Positions 60,489-64,000 of a stretch of DNA of 64,000 nucleotides are shown piece after piece. The notes beneath the pieces are model-generated. The model was not told where the DNA came from. It ran no database searches and saw nothing but the letters and a program-made list of their open reading frames with translations. The stretch lies in assembly GCA_964016885.1 (NCBI GenBank), contig OZ024741.1:354206001-354270000 (forward strand), given 5' to 3'. Both the position numbers and the translations under genes were made by a program. How positions within the stretch are numbered: the first letter of the stretch is position 1; each line of letters begins with the position of its first letter. This DNA is from Eledone cirrhosa. Lineage: Eukaryota.

Positions 60489-63400
60489 GTGCGTAACGTT
60501 TTTCGAAATATTTACTTCTGCGTGCACAGATTGATTTTTTTTAGTTTCAGAAGATCCCGTTAAGGGTGAAAGCAGCGGTTCCTTGCTTAAACTTTAATCT
60601 GTTATTTTAATATATATATATATATATTCGCGTACAGATATTTTGCATACACAATAACAAAGTATAAACAAAAGTATTTATTTTGCAATAATGTATTAAT
60701 TTTCTTCGCACTGAAAAAAACCTCTGGTAATCTACAACAAATTTTTTAGATAATCACAAAATATAGACACCATCCCGAGGCCGAGGTATTCCATACTTCT
60801 CTGTACTGTTTCAGAAAGGAGGGATAAACATGCCAATCTATGTTTAGAATCCCGAGCAACGTCGGGCCATTCTGCTAGTCTATATATCTAAAACAGAATG
60901 TCTGTCTGTCTGACTCTCTAAAACTCAAGAACTACCTAACCAATTGTTTTCAAACTTTACACATGTAATACTTATGGTTCTGTGAGTGTTTTGAGCAAAA
61001 AATATTTCCAATTGGCAATGCCCTAGGGAGCGCATTAGGCGATTTAGCGATCTCTCTCTATAATTCTTAGTCTTTCTTTTTAGATAGATACATAAATATA
61101 ACGTTGCGCCCTTATAATATCTGTCTGTACGCCTGGCTGTCTGCATTACAACATTATGGCGCTATATGTGTGCATGTGTGTGTGTGTGAGTATATATGTA
61201 TATATATATATATAGTGTGTAACGTTTTTCGAAATATTTACTTCTGCGTTCAAAGATTGATTTTTTCAGTTTCAGAAGATCCCGTTAGGGGTGAAAGCAG
61301 CGATTCTTTGCTTAAACTTTAATCTGTTATTTTAATATATATATATATAATTATATATTTGTGTACAGATATTTTTGCATACACAATAACAAAATATAAA
61401 CAAAAGTATTTATTTTGCAATAAAGTATTGATTTTCTTCGCACGGAAAAAAAAAAAAAAAAAAACACTGGTAATCTACAACAAATTTCTTTAAGCACAAA
61501 ATATAGACACCATCCCAAGGCTGAGGTATTCCATACTTCTCTGTACTGTTTCAGAAAGGAGGGATAAACATACCAAACTATCTTTAGAATCCCGAGCAAC
61601 GCCGGGCCATTCTGCCAGTCTATATATCTAAAACAGAGAATGTTTGTCTGACTCCCTAAAACTCGAGAACCACCTAACGGATCTTTTTCAAACTTTACAC
61701 ATGTAATACTTATGGTCCTGTGAGTGTTTTGAGCAAAAAATATTTCCAATGCGCTAGGGAGTGCATTAGGCGATTTAGCGATCTCTCTATAATTCTTAGT
61801 CTTTCTTTTTAGATAGATACATAAATATAATGTTGCGCCCTTATAATATCTGTCTGTACGTCTGGCTGTCTGCATTACATTATGACGCTATATGTGTGTG
61901 TGTATATATATGTATATATAGTTTGTGTGTGTATATATATATCATCATCGTTTAACGTCCATCTTCCACGCTTGCATGGTTTTGGACGGGAGTTTTCCCA
62001 CTTGAGGCAAGATTGGTTGTCCTGCTCGTATAGGACTGTCTGGCGGGTTTTCTACGGCTGGATGCCCTTCCTAACACCAACCACGTTTACAGTGTGTACT
62101 GGGAGGTTTTTACTGTGTTACCTACATGGCCACATTACAGCGTGGACTGTGTTTTTTTGTCGTGACACCTACACGACCTCATTTGTTTCGGACTCGATGT
62201 TGTGGTACCAACATAACTTCACATTTAAGGGGGTGGTGTGGATGGGGTGGGGAGTGTATTTTGTTAGAGGTGCCTACTGACTGTAGGTTTCGCTTTGTAC
62301 TTAGGCAAGGCGGGTCTTCTGTATAACTGTGTAGCACCAAAGATCTCGGTCCAATGACATTGTCTTGGAGAGGTGTAAGTGTGTGAGGTCGGAATTTATC
62401 AAGTCGTCCCAGGTTTTTCTGGGTCTGCCTACTCCGTGGCTACCGTCTATTTTTATCACCCTGCACTTCTTTATACAGCTGTCGTCTTTCATGCGCATCA
62501 CGTGACCGTACCAACATAGTCTTCTCTCGAGTAAACAACATCTGATCCTCTTATTCCTAATTTCTCCCTTAGTTCGTTTATGCTTTGCCGTTCACACACA
62601 CATATATATATATGTAGTGTGTAACGTTTTTCAAAATATTTACTTCTGCGTTCACAGATTGATTTTTTTAGTTTCAGAAGATCCCGTTAAGGGTGAAAGC
62701 AGCGTTTCTTTGCTTAAAATTTAATCTGTTATATTAATATATATATATATATAATTATATATTCGTGTACAGATATTTTTGCATACATAAAAACAAAATA
62801 TAAACAAACGTATTTATTTCATGAAGGCACAAAATGTAGACACAATCCCGAGGCCGAGGTATTCCATTCTTCTCTCTACTGTTCCGCCCTTATAATATCT
62901 GTCTGTACGTCTGGCTGTCTGCATTATGACGCTATATGTGTGTGTGAGTATATATGTATATATATATAGTGCGTGACGTTTTTCAAAATATTTACTTCTG
63001 CGTTCAAAGATTGATTTTTTCAGTTTCAGAAGATCCCGTTAAGGGTGAAAGCAGCGATTCTTTGCTTCAACTTTAATCTGTCATTTTAATATATATATAA
63101 TTATATATTTGCGTACAGATATTTGTGCATACACTAACAAAATATAAACAAAAGTATTTATTTTGCAATAATGTATTAATTTTCTTCGCATTGAAAAAAA
63201 AAACCCTGGTAATCTATGACAAATTTTTTTTATAAGTACAAAATGTAGACACCATCCCAAGACCGAGGTATTCCATACTTCTCTGTACTGTTTCAGAAAG
63301 GAGGGATAAACATGCCAATCTATGTTTAGAATCCCGAGCAACGCCGGGCCATTCTGCTAGTGTATATATCTAAAACAGAGAATGTCTGCCTGTCTGTCTG

Positions 63401-64000
63401 ACTCCCTAAAACTCGAGAACCACCCAACCGATTGTTTTCAAACTTTACACGTGATACTTATGGTCCTGTGAGTGTTTTGAGCAAAATATATTTCCAATTG
63501 TCAATGCCCTAGGGACCGCATTAGGCGCCGGAACGTCGCGCCCTTATAATATCTGTCTGTCTGTATGGCTGTCTGCTTTACAACATTATGAAGTGTGGTG
63601 TGTGTGGTGTGTGTGTGTATATATTCTCTTTGCTGACGTATTATGTTCGCTATTTTCTGTTCATTGCCAGGGAACGTCTTCACAAACCAAAGTATCATCT
63701 TCCTGTTTTCTTTTGGTTGCAAGGTTTTTCGAAATATTTACTTCTGAGTTCACAGATGGATTTTTTTAGTTTCAGAAGATCCCGTTAAAGGTGAAAGCAG
63801 CGATTCTTTGCTTAAACTTTAATCTTATTTTCGAAATATTTACTTCTGCATACACAAAAACAAAATATAAACAAACGTATTTATTTCACGAAAGCACAAA
63901 ATGTAGACACCATCCAGAGGCCGAGGTATTCCATTCTTCTCTCTACTGTTTCGCCCTTATAATATCTGTCTGTACGTCTGGCTGTCTGCATTACGACATT
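59729..64000 (+). mobile_element. Tandem array of non-autonomous Helitron-like elements (at least 4 units)
   Basis: Units start TC (TG in unit 4) plus (GTCT)n and end with the hairpin CCCGAGCAACGCCGGG then CTAG/CCAG; units 59729-60878, 60879-61618, 61619-63360, 63361->64000. Confidence 0.85.
61941..62595 (-). mobile_element. RTE LINE 3' fragment nested in the Helitron-like array
   Basis: Highly similar to 21365-22060 (GRPRKTWDDLINSDLTHLHLSKTMSLDRDLW); inserted in a TA/TG microsatellite. Confidence 0.92.

Noticed and set aside
60210-63788. ORFs within the Helitron-like array
   Set aside because: Derived from microsatellite and AT-rich non-coding sequence; no Rep/helicase motifs and no QPCT exon recognised

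Overview
AT-rich, repeat-dense eukaryotic (metazoan) DNA. The SINE and RTE-LINE content and the gene models point to a mollusc, most likely an Octopus species; this is an inference from repeat style. Three spliced genes lie on the minus strand. The first is a glutaminyl-peptide cyclotransferase (QPCT/QPCTL-like), of which only the last two coding exons are found (58.1-58.8 kb). The second is a complete 3-exon UTP23 CDS (40.8-46.2 kb). The third is NEMF/Rqc2, with its first 17 coding exons (1.0-34.1 kb) phase-consistent and the gene running off the left edge. Mobile DNA includes a full-length Mag-like Gypsy LTR element (51063-55943, 5-bp TSD, only two in-frame stops), several RTE-clade LINE copies, an internally deleted DD37D (maT) Tc1/mariner, CR1-like and HERO-like fragments, many tRNA-derived SINEs, piggyBac- and pogo-type MITEs, and a head-to-tail Helitron-like array (59.7-64 kb). 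One RTE copy has an uninterrupted RT ORF carrying a PHD finger and sits inside an intronic satellite spanning about 5.9 kb including the insert. The most notable observations are two minimal hammerhead-ribozyme-like motifs, a 21-bp copy of the LTR/PBS junction inside gag, three tandem arrays that appear to derive from TE fragments, several long intronic fold-backs near NEMF exons, and a strong same-strand bias of SINEs inside NEMF. No prokaryotic or CRISPR system is supported. All coordinates and alignments were made by eye.
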